NCBI GenBank assembly: GCA_951406725.2
Contig: OX597824.1
Location: forward strand, 49,352,001-49,416,000
DNA length: 64,000 nt
Source: Octopus vulgaris
Lineage: Eukaryota
Direction: 5' to 3'
In this document: positions 15,141 through 28,608 of the stretch, one piece after another
Position numbering within the stretch: the stretch's first letter is position 1
Layout: every line of letters begins with the position of its first letter
Made by a program: the position numbers and the translations under genes
The notes under the pieces: generated by a model
Seen by the model: the letters and a program-made list of their open reading frames with translations, nothing else
What the model was told of the DNA's origin: nothing
Databases searched by the model: none

Positions 15141-16758
15141 CGCACATTCATTTTGTGTGGAATGTGTACATGTATTATGTCTGTTTTCACCTGCTTTGGC
15201 TGTGTTTCTTTGTGTGCATAGGTTCCCTATAAGATATGTATCAGTTAGTGTATATATATCTTTTATTTGTGTGCAGACATTTTTTTTTATTGTCTCTTAT
15301 TTTAAGGTAATACTCAAACTGCTTCAGGTTCTTTTACATTTTGAGGTATATAAAAATTTGGCATTGGCATAACAATTCTAATAACCTGGTGTTAGAACTC
15401 AATATAAATATGCTTCAGAATTAATCATTATTTGAGCATAATATGAAATTCATATATCTAGAATAAATTAAAAATGAAGTTCAATCTTGCTTGCTTGCAA
15501 TGTTACACAGCCAAACTGGTGCATAATGGGGAAAATACTTTGAAAGTAAAGTGCCCCTGAAATGTGAATATAAACGGAATAAAACAAGTTTTGTGTAAAT
15601 CAGACCAGTGCCTATTTAGATATTCTGGGTTTTGGGGTATAAATGCCCAAAACAGTACATAATGGGAAAATACTCTGAAAATAACTTAACCCTGAAAGGG
15701 AAGAAATTCTAACCTTTCCAATAGACACATTATGATGGGCAAATGTTTTTAAGTGAAAATGACTTTAAAAATACGGTAAATATTTTGTCAAAGACCCGTT
15801 TGTAACCTTGGTGTGAAATAGTTTTTCCATAGGTTTCTTTCAAATGCATTCAATGTATCTCACCTCCAAAAATTTGTCTGCTATTTCTAGCACACTACCA
15901 TGTAACAGCAGTTGCAATAAAGGACCTGAAATACCGGTTACCTTGCATGCCCTGCTACCTGTGGTAGCAGGGCATGCAAGAAATAACAGCTGAAGCTTTC
16001 CTTTTCTGGGGGAAGGAGCCATTCACACATCATTTCGATGTCACATTCATTGAAAGCATGCAAAATAACCCAGAAAAGAAAAGCCATGAAACAAAAGCCC
16101 ATTGCTGGGAAACTCACTTTCCTGGTGACCCAACAGGTCACAGGTAGTCTAGTATATATATATATATATATATATAAAATTTTGCTTCTGCTTTCTATGT
16201 TGGTATAGGCTGGATCATATATTATCAACTGTCATCCATGCTGGCAGGGGTTGGAAGGTTCAACAGGATCTGGTGAGTTAGAGAACTGCATTGGGCTTCA
16301 ATGTCTCCTTTTCCGTGATTTCTACAGCTGGATGCTGTAGAGACAATGCCAAAGGATATCTTGTCTTGATATCATATGATAGTTTTTAAATGAGTATCCC
16401 CTTCATACATGCAGTGCTCTTTGATTTCAATCTCCTGGAGAACATATCTGGCTGTGCAAATATTACTTAGAAATGGTTGAGGATTAGTGACAAGAAAGAC
16501 ATCTAATCCGTGTGATTGGATGTTAAACTGACGATATGAATCTTTTTGTATGCATTTAAATCCTAAGCATATGCTTTATTCTATATATCATCATCATCAT
16601 CATCATCGTTTAACGTCCACTTTCCATGCTAGCATGGGTTGGACGGTTCAACTGGGGTCTGGGAAACCCGAAGGCTGCACCAGGCCAGTCAGATCTGGCA
16701 GTGTTTCTACAGCTGGATGCCCTTCCTAACGCCAACCACTCTATGAATGTAGTACAAG

Positions 16759-16795
<37 letters not shown>

Positions 16796-16888
16796 TTACT
16801 TGGAAATGGATGCATTGAGTTCCATCATATAAGAAATATATATGTACATGCATATATACATACATATATGAACATACTTATGTATGTG

Positions 16889-16930
<42 letters not shown>

Positions 16931-16956
16931 TATATGCATATATATATATATGCATA

Positions 16957-17286
16957 TATGGGTACAGGACGTCACAAAACATAAACATGAAATATGAAAG
17001 CAAACTTGGGTAATATGAATGAGAGAAACAAATGGAAAACAAGACAAGTAACACAAAGAATGGCCCTTCATCAGTTGTCTACTCATTTCGAGTATTTAAA
17101 GGCAATATGAGGCTTCGAAAGGCTGTTGCTCCCGTGAACCCAAATAAAATTTGGTATTTGCAGAGGGTCAAAGTTGGTAACAAAAACAGGACTGTGGAGG
17201 CATACAACAAACCAGACGAATCGCTTTTCACATACCCAAGTTTGTCTTCGTATTTCATGTTGTTTACGTTTTGTGATGTCCTGTAC

Positions 17287-17291
<5 letters not shown>
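16957..17291. mobile_element. Fold-back/MITE-like element with about 70-bp inverted arms, within (TA)n
   Basis: atgggtacaggacgtcacaaaac...caaacttgggta at the left end and its near-perfect reverse complement at 17231-17291. Confidence 0.75.
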
Positions 17292-17332
<41 letters not shown>

Positions 17333-17475
17333 GCACACATACATGCATAAGTATGTACATATATGTATGTATATGTGCATGTATATATTATATATATATA
17401 TTTCTATATATAAATATATATTTCTATATATATAATGTGTGTTTTTTGGTACTAATTTATGTATTTCTTCTTCAG

Positions 17476-17592
17476 AACACTTAGAAAAAAACAGAAGCAG
17501 AGCCTTACAGTCAGCTAATTCAGTCATGTCCAAAGAGACTGACCAAGTAAAAAACACTTCTCCATCCTCTTCATCACACAAAATCTCAGATG
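17476..17592 (+). CDS. ZFAND3: ZFAND3-like AN1 zinc-finger protein, internal coding exon (first one found in window)
   Basis: Acceptor tttcttcttcag and donor GATG|gtaagt; 117 nt, phase 1/1; reads [15 protein letters not shown]...KISD and joins in frame to the exon at 20794. Confidence 0.75.
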
Positions 17593-20500
17593 GTAAGTTT
17601 TTAATTATTGCAGATTTCCCCCAGATTAATATTTGTTTGTATGAACATGAGTTTTAGTGATTTCTGTATTTAAATATTGAGTAACTTCAATGCTATTGGA
17701 CATATAGTATATCATAACCCTTCTCTGGTGCCTGTTTTAGTAGTTTGGTTAATTATTAAGTCTGGATTGTGTTTTGTTGTGGTATAGTTCTTGAGAAATA
17801 TTGACATTTTAGTGGTAGATCAATACTCTTTTGACTTAAAAATAATAAGCCAAATCTCCAAAATGCTTTTGTAGTTTGGTACTTATTCTTACTTCTTTGG
17901 TATGGGAGGCAGATGAGAGATAAACCACTATACTACTTTGGAGATGAGATTGACCAATGAGAGAACATTCACTGAAGATCTGTTTCATCTTCGTGACTGT
18001 TAAGTGAACTGAGATAATTGAACTTCTTAAATACACGAAAAGATCTACCATGCCTCTACCTAATCAGTTGACCTACCAGAAAAAGCAGCCAAAATCCCGC
18101 TTCAGCTAGAAAGATATAGATTCATTGTATCTGGGTAAAAAAAAAAAAATGTTGGATGGTCATCACAGGAATTACACCTGAATAATTTACCCCTTAATTT
18201 TTTTTTTTAATTTGTCACATCTACTTGTGTACAGTATTGATTCTTTCACTTCAGCAAATCCAATGAAATGTTCTATACTAAGCAGAATTGGTAAAATATT
18301 AGTCACTGAATTTAATTTTCTCTCTTCTTCACTGCATAAGTGTTTCTAATTAGATTGGTAATGCTCATTGTATTAAATATTTTAGCCCAAACTTAACTGC
18401 TTTGTATGTGAATGGCATTTCTGAGTAAATTAAACTTCATTGTTTTTCACAAATCATATTGAATTTTTGTTCTAATTTATGTATCCATTAAAAGTTATTT
18501 CATTTTTAACTTTGACATTATTTCTGATTCTTTTGATACCATCTCACCTGAATCTGCCTTGATTTTTGAGATGTATCTTTCAGTACATCTCAATGCTTCT
18601 AAAGCAAACATTTTGTTTACTTTCATATCTTGATTTTGTTTGAAAGCGATCTTGGTGAAAGTCTTCCATCAAAATTTCTTGTTCCAAATTTTAATGCTCA
18701 CTTTACCGTGCTTGATAACTTCGATACAGTTCATTGAGGCTCATTTTCTATGGCTGGCTGCCCTTCCTGTCATCAACCTTCAATTGTTTTCAAGCCAAGC
18801 AATATTTTTCCATAGCTAGACATGCTTCCATGGAACACTAAATGAATCACTATACAAGCAATGTCATTCATTTCTGATTATTGCAAGATATCAAGACACA
18901 CACATGTATATATGTAACAGGCTTTCTTTCAGTTCCCATCTGCTAAATCTACTCGACCCAGAAGTAAATGCCACCCAATGGAAATGAACCTGAAACCATG
19001 CAGCTGAGAAGCAAACCTCTTAACCACACAGCCATACCTGCACCTATAAATTATTTTACTAAACTTTTCATGATTTCATTATCTAAAATAAGTGTATTTC
19101 AACAAAAATCTTGTAACCAAAAGTTTATAAAATGTTAACTTTAGCTAATTTTTGATCCATTAATACTAGCAAAGCACAAAAAAATTCATAGATCATAAAA
19201 TATAATATTACTGAAGTATTTTTGTATACATAGATATACTTCTATATAAATATTTGAATTTATAAGTTTCTTTTATTTGTTTCAGTCACTAGACTGTGGC
19301 CATGCTAGGGCACTGCCTTGAATTTTTAGTTGAATGCATTGAATCCAGTACTTTTTTAAGTGATACTTCTTCTATCGGTCTCTTTTGCCAAACTAAGTTA
19401 CAAACACACTAACACTGGTTGTCAAGTGGTGATGGACACACACACACGACGGGCTTCTTTCAGTTTCCACCTACCAAATGCACTCACAAGACTTTGGTTG
19501 GCTCAAGGTTGTAGTAGAAGACACTTGCCCAAGGTGCCCCGAAGTGGGACTAAACCTGAAACCATGTTGGGAAGCAAGCTTCTTACCACACAGCCACTTT
19601 TTTTTTCTTTTAACTTGTTATAATTAGAAAATACTAAATTAAAATGTTATGAAAGGTTAAAAACCATATTCAAAAGTTCTTCAATTAGGTAATTTTATTT
19701 TGACAAATTGTCATAAAAGATAAATCTCCACAGGTAATTAGCAAGATATTTCTTTAATGGGTGAGTTATGATTTTTCTTCATTTTCAAGGTGCATTGGTA
19801 TTTTGTAGATTTATCGTTATCATGTATATTTTGTTATACTGTCTGTTAATTGCCAAACAAAAATCTCTTGTGATTATTGCATGTGTGGATTAGTTGTAGC
19901 CCAGATGTTATTTGGGGTGGGATTGGGGGTAGGAATGGTAACACAGCATCAGCTGTAGACTGGTGCAGTATGGCAGTTGCAGTGTGGTTGCAAAGTCATT
20001 CTGTTGAAGCAAATGTAATGATTCATTGATTTATTGAATAGCTAATTTTAAAGCAGTCCAGAATCAAAGAAGTTAACATTGGGTGACCTCTTGTGAAAAG
20101 AGCTCAACAGACCTCAGATAAAACTGTAGAAAGTTAATTCATTCTCTAAAAAAAAAGAAATTTTTTTTTCCTTTTGTTTTCTTTTCAGTTGAAGAAAATA
20201 GTGTTATTAGTAGTTTTAGATAAAAGATGTTAACTGTATATTCCATCCCAAAGGAGAGATCTGATGAGTAAAAGTCTAAGGATGTGCAGCTGTAAGTGAA
20301 ATCTATGTTATGAAGTTCACCTTACAACCATTGGGTTTGATCCAACCACATGGCTTCTTGGGCAAGTGCCTGCTTTCCTAACCTTGGCCTTAGGTTTAAC
20401 CAATTTGTGTAGAATTTTGTATGCAAAAGCTGTGGAAGCCAATCATATGTATCTTACATCTTTCACTGATCTACACTGGAAAATGACAATGTTGGTAAGA

Positions 20501-20793
20501 AAACTAAAAAGAACAGCTTCTGAATAAAAATATTGTGGTGCTTGTTTTTCCTTTGTGGTACGAACAGCCCCTTTTCATGGTTGCAATGAAATGGTCATTA
20601 TCTCTTAGAAAATCACTGTTGGCCCCACCGACCAATTGCAATATAAAATATGTCATATGTTAGCTTGATATAAACTTTCTTTCTGATGAAATTTATTTTG
20701 GATTCTGATTTTGATTATTTTTTTGCAGTGCAGGTCTTGTTCTTATTTAATTTCTATTTTCTAAGAATTTTTTTGTTTTTCTTTTTCACTTAG

Positions 20794-21337
20794 CCACATT
20801 AGAAAATTCTCAACTACAGGACCGACGAGGAGTAGCTGTATCTCATATCGGTTCTGGATCTGATTCTAGCTTTAACAGTAACCAAGTTGTAGACACTACT
20901 TGTGATGATAGGTTAGATGTGTCACATTCAAATATTGCTTCAAGCAGTGGGACTGGTGAAACCAGTGTAATTTTTCCAGAGCCTATGGCACAGCAAAGGC
21001 CAGGTAAAATCTTCTCTAATTCTGTAACTAAATGTGCTAACAATGGGACACCGTTGTCAGAGACATCATTGAATAACAGTGACATTTGCAATAAGAGTGC
21101 TATATTGGTAATGAGTGACGAAAGTCACTCGACACTCAGGGATAAGAACTCTTTGGGAAAAGACATACTAAATGAATCAGCTGTTCCAGTTTCAAGCACA
21201 GCTTCGACATCATGCCGGGAGGAAAGTACTCAGTGCTCACCTGGAAACCTTAGTAACCAGCCTGTACCAACATCCTGTCAGCAGCAACAACAGTCAACAC
21301 CTGAAAAGAGTCAAGAAGAACAGAAAGGTGTAAAGAG
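20794..21337 (+). CDS. ZFAND3: ZFAND3-like, long Ser/Thr/Gln-rich linker exon
   Basis: Strong polypyrimidine tract ending cacttag; 544 nt open (ATLENSQLQD...EEQKGVKR); donor AAGAG|gtaata is phase 2 and matches the next exon. Confidence 0.85.
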
Positions 21338-24300
21338 GTAATATCACTTATCAATTATTTTAACTGGTTCCTATTAAAATTTGTAGCTGTAGATCACGCA
21401 GCAACTGTAAACATTTCAAAAACATATTTTCTTTATCAGAATCTTCATGGTGATAGTCTTAATTTTCACATCACTAACATATCTAACCCTACTTTAGGGT
21501 CAATTCTACTTGAGCATTGCTTCAGTTCAATATATTATAAAGGTAAAGTTGTATCTAATTGTAACTATAAGTGTTCCAAGTTACTTTTGGTTTGAATGGG
21601 TTTTTGCGAAATATATTACTGGTGGTCAGAAGATTAAGAAAACTATCATGCTCGGTCACATAATCTATCAATTTTACATGAGCAAGTAGTACCTTGTTTA
21701 AGAAGCTCCCATGTGTATGTGTGTGTGTATTTGAAGCATGGGAAGTGAACTTTGGTTAAAATGTTCACTTCCCAATGCATGGCACCTTGGGCAAGTGTTT
21801 TCCATTCTAGCCCTAGGCTGACCAAATCTTTGTGAGCAGATTTGGTTGATGAAAACTGACAGAAGCCTGTTGTATATGTGTAGTGTGCATACATGTGCTT
21901 GTATGTGTACATATCTGTGCCTGTGGGTTTACTTTTGCACTGTTATGAAGATTGCAAACTTTCAAGCTGTGTATGATATTTTTCCCCATCAACAAATGGT
22001 TTGCTGATTTTGCTTCTTCAAAGATGTGTGAAATACGAAATCTCTCACATGAATAACGGGTAAGGGAAGGGCATCTAGTTGTGAAATAATTCCTCAATTT
22101 ATTAGTCCAACCTGTGCCAACATCAAAAAAGGCAAAAATGGATAAATGAATGAAATTATGCATTTTCATTCAATTGGTAAAAGTTTTTTTTCCCAAGTTA
22201 TATACTATTCATATGCAAGCAGGGTTGTGTGCGTGCGCGCACACACACACACTCACTCTCTTATATTAACAAATGTGAATACATGTGGCATTGCAGAACT
22301 ATGTTATAGGTTGTACAGTGTTTAGTTCTGTAGTTTGTACCTCAGGGTTCAAACCTCACATCAACTCTTGTTATAACTCCTGACAAAAAGAACTTTGTGT
22401 TTATAATCCTGAAACACATTTGCGAACCCATGAAAAGGCGGATAAGAAATGTTAACTATCTAGCCTGTTTCTGCAATATTGTGTGTGTGCGTGTGAAGGA
22501 GAGAGAATATTTCTGAACTATAGTCCAGTTTATTTATCACACCTTAAAACTCTTAATGTGTTTGCTGACGCGTGCTTGCATGACCTGAATGGTGAATTGC
22601 ATAGACTGTGCTTTGTTGAGAAGTTCCATTGAGTGTGGTAAATGTTTAAAATATCACTTAGGTTCAAGCTTCAATTTATGATCAGAGACAAGTGGTAAAA
22701 TGAATAGCATTTTTATTTTACTACTACTGCTAACTTATGGTTTATAACCTTGTTTCTTGCTGCAAGGTGTTTCATAGTGTTTCTGCATGGTGAGAGTACT
22801 ATTTTCAGAGTTTATCCATTTGCTATATCCAAAGTCCAGGCCAAACATTGTTTTTGTATTGTACTGATCTTTGTGACATGCCTTGCAATAAAGGTAATCT
22901 TTGCTTTTATCTCTGTTTAAAATAAACCTTGCATTGTTTGGTTTGATACCGATTTCTAAACTGTAATTTATTCCAGTATTTTCCTCAAAATTTATTTAAT
23001 GAGGTTGTGGTGGGCATAAAGGTTATTAATTTCTTCCTTATACAGATTTGTTCAGGTCTCTTTATTTTGTAGAATATCACTGTAGACATTGGTTAAATGG
23101 GTATAAGACACACACGCATCTTCCTGATTAATAACCATTTTACCAAGAGATCCTACAACTTGTAGGACTACTATTCGAAAATTGATAATAAAGCAAAATC
23201 CATCTTGTGTTTTTAATCAGTGTAGATTGAAGGCCTACATTTAATTTCTACTTCAGTGATAAATATTTAATAAACCAATGTGTTAGAAACAAAGACTACA
23301 TCAAACCTTTCTGGATTCTTATATCAATGTGCATTAGTCATTGCAACTCTTGTTTTTAACACTAATAGATGGTCAAATGTTTTGGGATTCTTGTTCTGAG
23401 TGTGATGGAAGTATTATAGATATATATCATCATGGAATAACTTTAAGGGCTTACAAGAAGAAAATGATGTAATCAGCTGTGCTATATCTCTCTTGATGTG
23501 ACCCTCAACACAATTCTTTGTATGCTTCTCTTGCTTCAATTATAAATATGATCAGTTCAAGAGAAATTGAAACACTGTATCAGAGTTTTAAAGAGCTCTT
23601 CTATTAATTTGTCTGATCTAATTGTTTTGTCAGTATTTTTTGGACATAAAGCAAGCCTGATTTTCAAGAATTGTCTTCAGTCCCATTAGATTTGCTGAGC
23701 CATGTTTGAAATAGTAACCTGAGATGTCAGGCATATCTTTCCCAGGCCTAATCACTTTAGCTGTCAGGAAAACATATTTTCTGTAATCTTTATATCCAAC
23801 TAAATGTGGATATCTTATTAATTCTGTATATAATTTTGAAAGTATTGAAAGTTAGGAAATACTCTTCAATTCTGATTTATATTGATCATATCTCTTGCTA
23901 GTATTATAATAATGCTTCTCTAGCAACTATTATTCATCATTGGTCCAAAGCTAGTTTGTGTCATTTCTGCAACTCCAAGAACATTAAAATAGTTTTCCCA
24001 TTTCAGGAATAACATTTCCTGCTCTGTAAGGATTTCATTTAATTTGTATTTCTCCTGATTTAGTGACCTGTTAAAGGCTAGAAATAATCTCTATAATTCC
24101 TACAAAGTTAGTTGATTGACTGGATGATGTCTTTAACTATAATATTTCTGTACAGTCAGTTTTATGAAAACCTATTTAATCCAGTCTTAAAAAATCTAGT
24201 TTGAAGATCAGCAGATATTTTCCAGTTGTTTTATTCATATATTTATTTTAGATTATTTAAATTCTTTAATTCATCTAGTCTTTTGACTCTCATAGTGTGC

Positions 24301-24497
24301 CAAATGATTCCATGTTCCTGTTAGAACTTGCTACTCAGTAAATATTTTAATTAGTTTCTCTGTGCCTTTTCTGTGGTTTTTAGGGGATGCGCAGAACTGG
24401 TGTCAAAATGTTGATAACTTTGAAAAGGGCAACTGAAAAGTAGGTGAACCAGTACTCTCACAAAATATGGCTAATAATATGTACTTAATATTTGTAG

Positions 24498-24607
24498 AAC
24501 CATTGATGAAATGGAAGACAAACCAATACAGAAGAACAAGAAAAGATGTTATCAATGTAAATGCAAATTAGAATTAGCACAACGTCAAATTGGTCAGTGC
24601 CGCTGTG
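24498..24607 (+). CDS. ZFAND3: ZFAND3-like, first half of AN1 zinc finger
   Basis: Acceptor tttgtag; [36 protein letters not shown]; donor TGTG|gtaagt. Closely resembles the ZFAND3-type RCxxCxxKLELxQxxxGxCRC motif. Confidence 0.93.
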
Positions 24608-25096
24608 GTAAGTATTTGAAGCATTTTCATTCACCTAGGTTCCATTTTATTATTGAGAAAGGTTTTGGCTAGTTCTGATGCTTTTTATTGTGTTAGTATT
24701 CAGAAAGTTTTCCAAAGAATAACTTACAAACTATTTATTGTATTATTGTATGTTTGCTTTCTTTTTAAGCTTTGCTACATTTTTCAATGAGTTAAAGCTT
24801 TTTCCTGTAAATGATACAGAGTGGTGTCTTTACACAAAGATTTTATAGGTCTTATTGCCCAAGAAATTATAGAAGGTGGTATTGTTGCAGATTATATATT
24901 CTTTGAAATATCTCAATCCATGGGTTGATTGTGCATAGGGTTGTCTTATGATAGATTTGCAACCTTAACACTTAATAAGGTTTGACAAAGAACAAAAAAA
25001 TTGCAAAAGGAAATTCAAATGGAGTTCCTTCAGATATGTAACCCAGTCTCTTTCTCTCCTCTCTCTATCTCCTCTTCCTCCCTCTAGCTCCTCTAC

Positions 25097-25133
<37 letters not shown>

Positions 25134-25604
25134 GTTTACTATCAGCTGTCATTGAGTTTGGTTCTCTGTAAATCAGTTAAAGTCTTGAAAAAACTTTCAC
25201 ATCTTCCTGGATCACTGGAGTAAATGTCTCTATTTTACACTAATAGGGTTGTATGAATCACAAATCATTGCCAGTATTCTCATCTTTTCTCTTGAGGACA
25301 ACAGGAAAACCTTTTACTTTTTCTAAGAGGATAGATATCTCATTTTAATGAGTATTTTATAAACTAATTGGTAGATAAAAGTAAAATTACAATAATTCAA
25401 GTGTGTGCAACAAAGCAGAGAACAAAATACCTTACACACCTAGATCAAATTAGTTTTTACTGTGTTACATTAAAAATCAAATTTTTAAACTGTTAAAACC
25501 AAGTTTAATAAAGACATAGTTATCCTTACTGTGGAAATACTGTTAGATTATAAAATTCTTGGCAACCAGAATGGTAAATCAGTTCAGTGAGTTTCAACTT
25601 TCGT

Positions 25605-25974
25605 TTAACCCTTTTGTTAGAATATTTCTGTTGAATATTTCTGATACTCATAATAATTTTCACTCCATTCAGTGAGTTTGCAGAAATGTTACCACACTGG
25701 GCAAAATGCGTAGCAGTTTACATTCTGAGTTCAAATTCCGCTGAGGTTGACTTTGCCTTTCAGGGTCGATAAATTAAGTACTAGTTGCATACTGGGGTCG
25801 ATCTAATTGACTGGCCTCCCCCCAAAAAATTTTGAGCCTTGTGCCTAGAGTAGAAAAGAATATTTCTGTTGAAGTACAATATTTTTTATTTCACTTAATT
25901 TTTAAAATAATGAACACTTTAGTAAGTTTAAATTTAGATCAGTTTAATGCTGGATGTTGGTATCAAAAGGTTAA
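25605..25974. mobile_element. TTAA (piggyBac-type) MITE interrupted by a SINE
   Basis: ttaacccttttgtta ... ggtatcaaaaggttaa ends; the SINE insert is bounded by the 17-bp direct repeat agaatatttctgttgaa (25619-25635 and 25857-25873). Confidence 0.7.
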
Positions 25975-26234
25975 AGCCTTACAAAATTTAATCTCAAATA
26001 TGCTCTACTGGTATCTCAATTTACTTGGCCAGCTTTACATAGCTTTGTTAATGTAATCTGATCTAATTTACATTTTCCATACAGAACAAGATATTCTCTC
26101 AGCAGTGAAGAGGGTTTCTGCAAATCTAGAAAAAGACAGATGTTAGCCAAAACTAGTTGATCTGATTTTACATTTTGGTTGTATGTGTCTGTTTGTCCAC
26201 AAATGTTTCGTTGAAATTCCATTTCTCTTTCCAG

Positions 26235-26386
26235 ATTATGTCTTCTGTGCAGCACATCGACTGCCAGAGCAGCACAACTGTATTTTTGATCACAAAGAAG
26301 ATGGCCGTCGAGAAGCTAGAGAAAAAATGATAAAGCCTGTTCGACATTTAGGAACCTCATTCAGAAGACTTGATTCTGATTCATGA
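26235..26386 (+). CDS. ZFAND3: ZFAND3-like, terminal coding exon (second half of AN1 finger and C-terminus)
   Basis: Acceptor ctctttccag; [50 protein letters not shown]; the HRLPEQHxCxFDH motif is characteristic of ZFAND3. Confidence 0.93.
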
Positions 26387-26895
26387 GACTATTCCTAACC
26401 TTATGCACTTTTCAGATTTCAATTTCAATGAAATTGGAAACAAAAAAAATGAATTACCATTGATTTTGAAGAGACTGCTTCATTCTTTAAAATAAAATAA
26501 TAAACAAAGCAAAAAATATAAAATATTAAATAAAATTAACTATGCTGCTCAATTCTTTCAAATTAAGAATTGCCAAAATAATGATGATGGTAATGCTGGT
26601 GTTTATACTATTAACTTCTGGGCTCTAACCAAAACTTCCCATCAATTTTGATATGGATTACATACAACTGTTTATTCTATAATGGTTATTTGCTTACAGA
26701 GCAGGTATTAACTATACATATATATAATATATATATATAAAATATATATATATATAATATATACATAAATAATAAATAATATAACATAGATTTTATGTAT
26801 ATTGAATAAAGAGAAATATTTGATAAACAGGCTCATTTGGTGAAGAAAATTCTAAGTGATTTCTATAGATATAATTAACACTAATATATGTTTAA

Positions 26896-27991
26896 CCCTT
26901 TCGTTACTATATTTCTGACCAAAATACACCCTTTATGTGTTTCAATTAATTTCTAACATAATCATAAATTTAGTCTGGTTTCATTAAACAACTATAACTT
27001 TTTTATTTATCAATATATTAATGTGATTTTTGGAAGATAATTTAATGAAATGTTCTCAACCAATTCTATACTATAATTTTTGTCACAAAGTGACTCTAAT
27101 TGCAGGTAGATACAGGTAAATTCAACAAAATATAAAATTATTAAAATTTTGTTCAAACATCACTATAGAAAATGGGTTATTAGCTAATATTCAATTGGGT
27201 ATACAACAAAATTTTACGATAGAATTTGTTATTCTGGGTAACTTTCTGATACCCATAATAATATTTATGGCAAAATAGTCTTAATTTCATTTAAGGTTGT
27301 GGGAAACCACAAACTATCCTTTCTTTCACTTTGTTTACATTTAGCGTAACGGTTCGTTTCCGCTGTTTCAAATAGGCTCATTCGAAAAAGTAAAAAGAAA
27401 TAGTCTAAGGCTTTACTCTCCTGGGAAAGTCTGTGGCTTGGTCCAGTTTCTTCAGAAAAATCACTGAAAGAAACAGTTTTTAAATTTTCACTCCATTCAG
27501 GTGCCAATTCATTTTCTTTATTGCTGTCGGAGCTTTTGGATTCACTGTTTTCACTTTCAGAAAATGAAACATCGGATTCATTATCAAATACCACGTGCTT
27601 TTTTTTTTTCAGTCATAGAGTTAGATTTATCAAGGTCTTCAGTAGAAAATCCTTCGAATTCTGACTTGCTGCTTGATATAATGAAATTCGTATCCATTTT
27701 TTGTCAGAATTACAAATTTTGAAAACACAATAGGAACAAATTTTGGAAAAAAATCTCCCAAAATTCACGGAATTAAAATTACACTTCAATCATTGTACAA
27801 AACTGTAGATGAACTGTTTACGAAGTATAATCACGTGTTTTCACGAATGTACTAAAGAGATTTGCTCTGATATTCTGATTTAAATATGAATAGGTAAATA
27901 TGAATAGGTAAATACGGGCGGGTTTGGGCGGTTTGGTCACATTAACCAAAATTTTTTTCGGGCGGCTTTGGGCGGTTTGGTAACGAAAGGG
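26896..27991 (-). mobile_element. piggyBac-derived non-autonomous element retaining the transposase N-terminus
   Basis: TTAA|ccctttcgttac ... gtaacgaaaggg|TTAA; ORF 27265-27594 has an acidic Ser-rich N-terminus plus LDYFFLLF..ETNRYA..WFPTTLNEIK (PGBD4-like); subterminal GGGCGGTTTGG repeats. Confidence 0.9.
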
Positions 27992-28577
27992 TTAACAGCT
28001 GTGTCCAACTGTTCCTTTCACACACAAAACGCTCATATTGCGTGTGAGCTTTAGGGGATTTTAAAACCTAATTTTGGTCATGTTTGAACATAGGATAAAA
28101 TTATATTTGTAATATTTATGAATTTTGTCTGGTGTGGGTGGGTAGGTGGTTGGCTGGTTGGTTGCATGTTTGATTTTTTTCCTTTTTCTTTCTTTCAAAA
28201 CTCTTAGGGAGGAAGGCAGTGTCCAGGACTGGTGGATGAAAGGAAACTCTGCTTAGGCTGGAATATGGGCCTAAATGCTTGTAATGGTTGGTGCCACTAA
28301 AGGCAACCAAGGGCCACGTGGTGTCTAACTAGTCAGTTAATTCTGCCGCCCAAGAACAGAGGAACAGTGAAATTTTTATGAAATTTTTTTTATTCATATA
28401 TTTTTAATTTAAAAGAAAAATGGGCTGAAATCAACTAATTAATGATAACAGCGGCAATACTAAAACCAGTTAGAAATGTTCTTGAAGAGATCAGCTAAAA
28501 CAACTAAGGGAAGCAATTTTATCTCAATGTCTATTTTATATTATTGTCCTCTCTCTCTTTGTTTTGGCCATTGTTGT

Positions 28578-28608
<31 letters not shown>

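Noticed and set aside
15520-15700. Two copies of cataatgggaaaatact..gaaa about 136 bp apart
   Set aside because: Short degenerate duplication, probably internal to an old repeat; nothing further supports a function.
17032-17581. Several 85-150 aa ORFs rich in YI/CV repeats
   Set aside because: They are translations of (TA)n/(TG)n microsatellites; only 17476-17592 behaves like an exon.
21321-21333. Alternative donor AAAG|gtgtaa at 21327
   Set aside because: It is phase 1 and would frameshift the AN1 exon; the donor at 21337 keeps the frame.
22700-24400. Possible ancient L1/Tx1-like RT on the minus strand (ENQACF-like remnants)
   Set aside because: Too decayed to support by eye; needs a translated HMM search.
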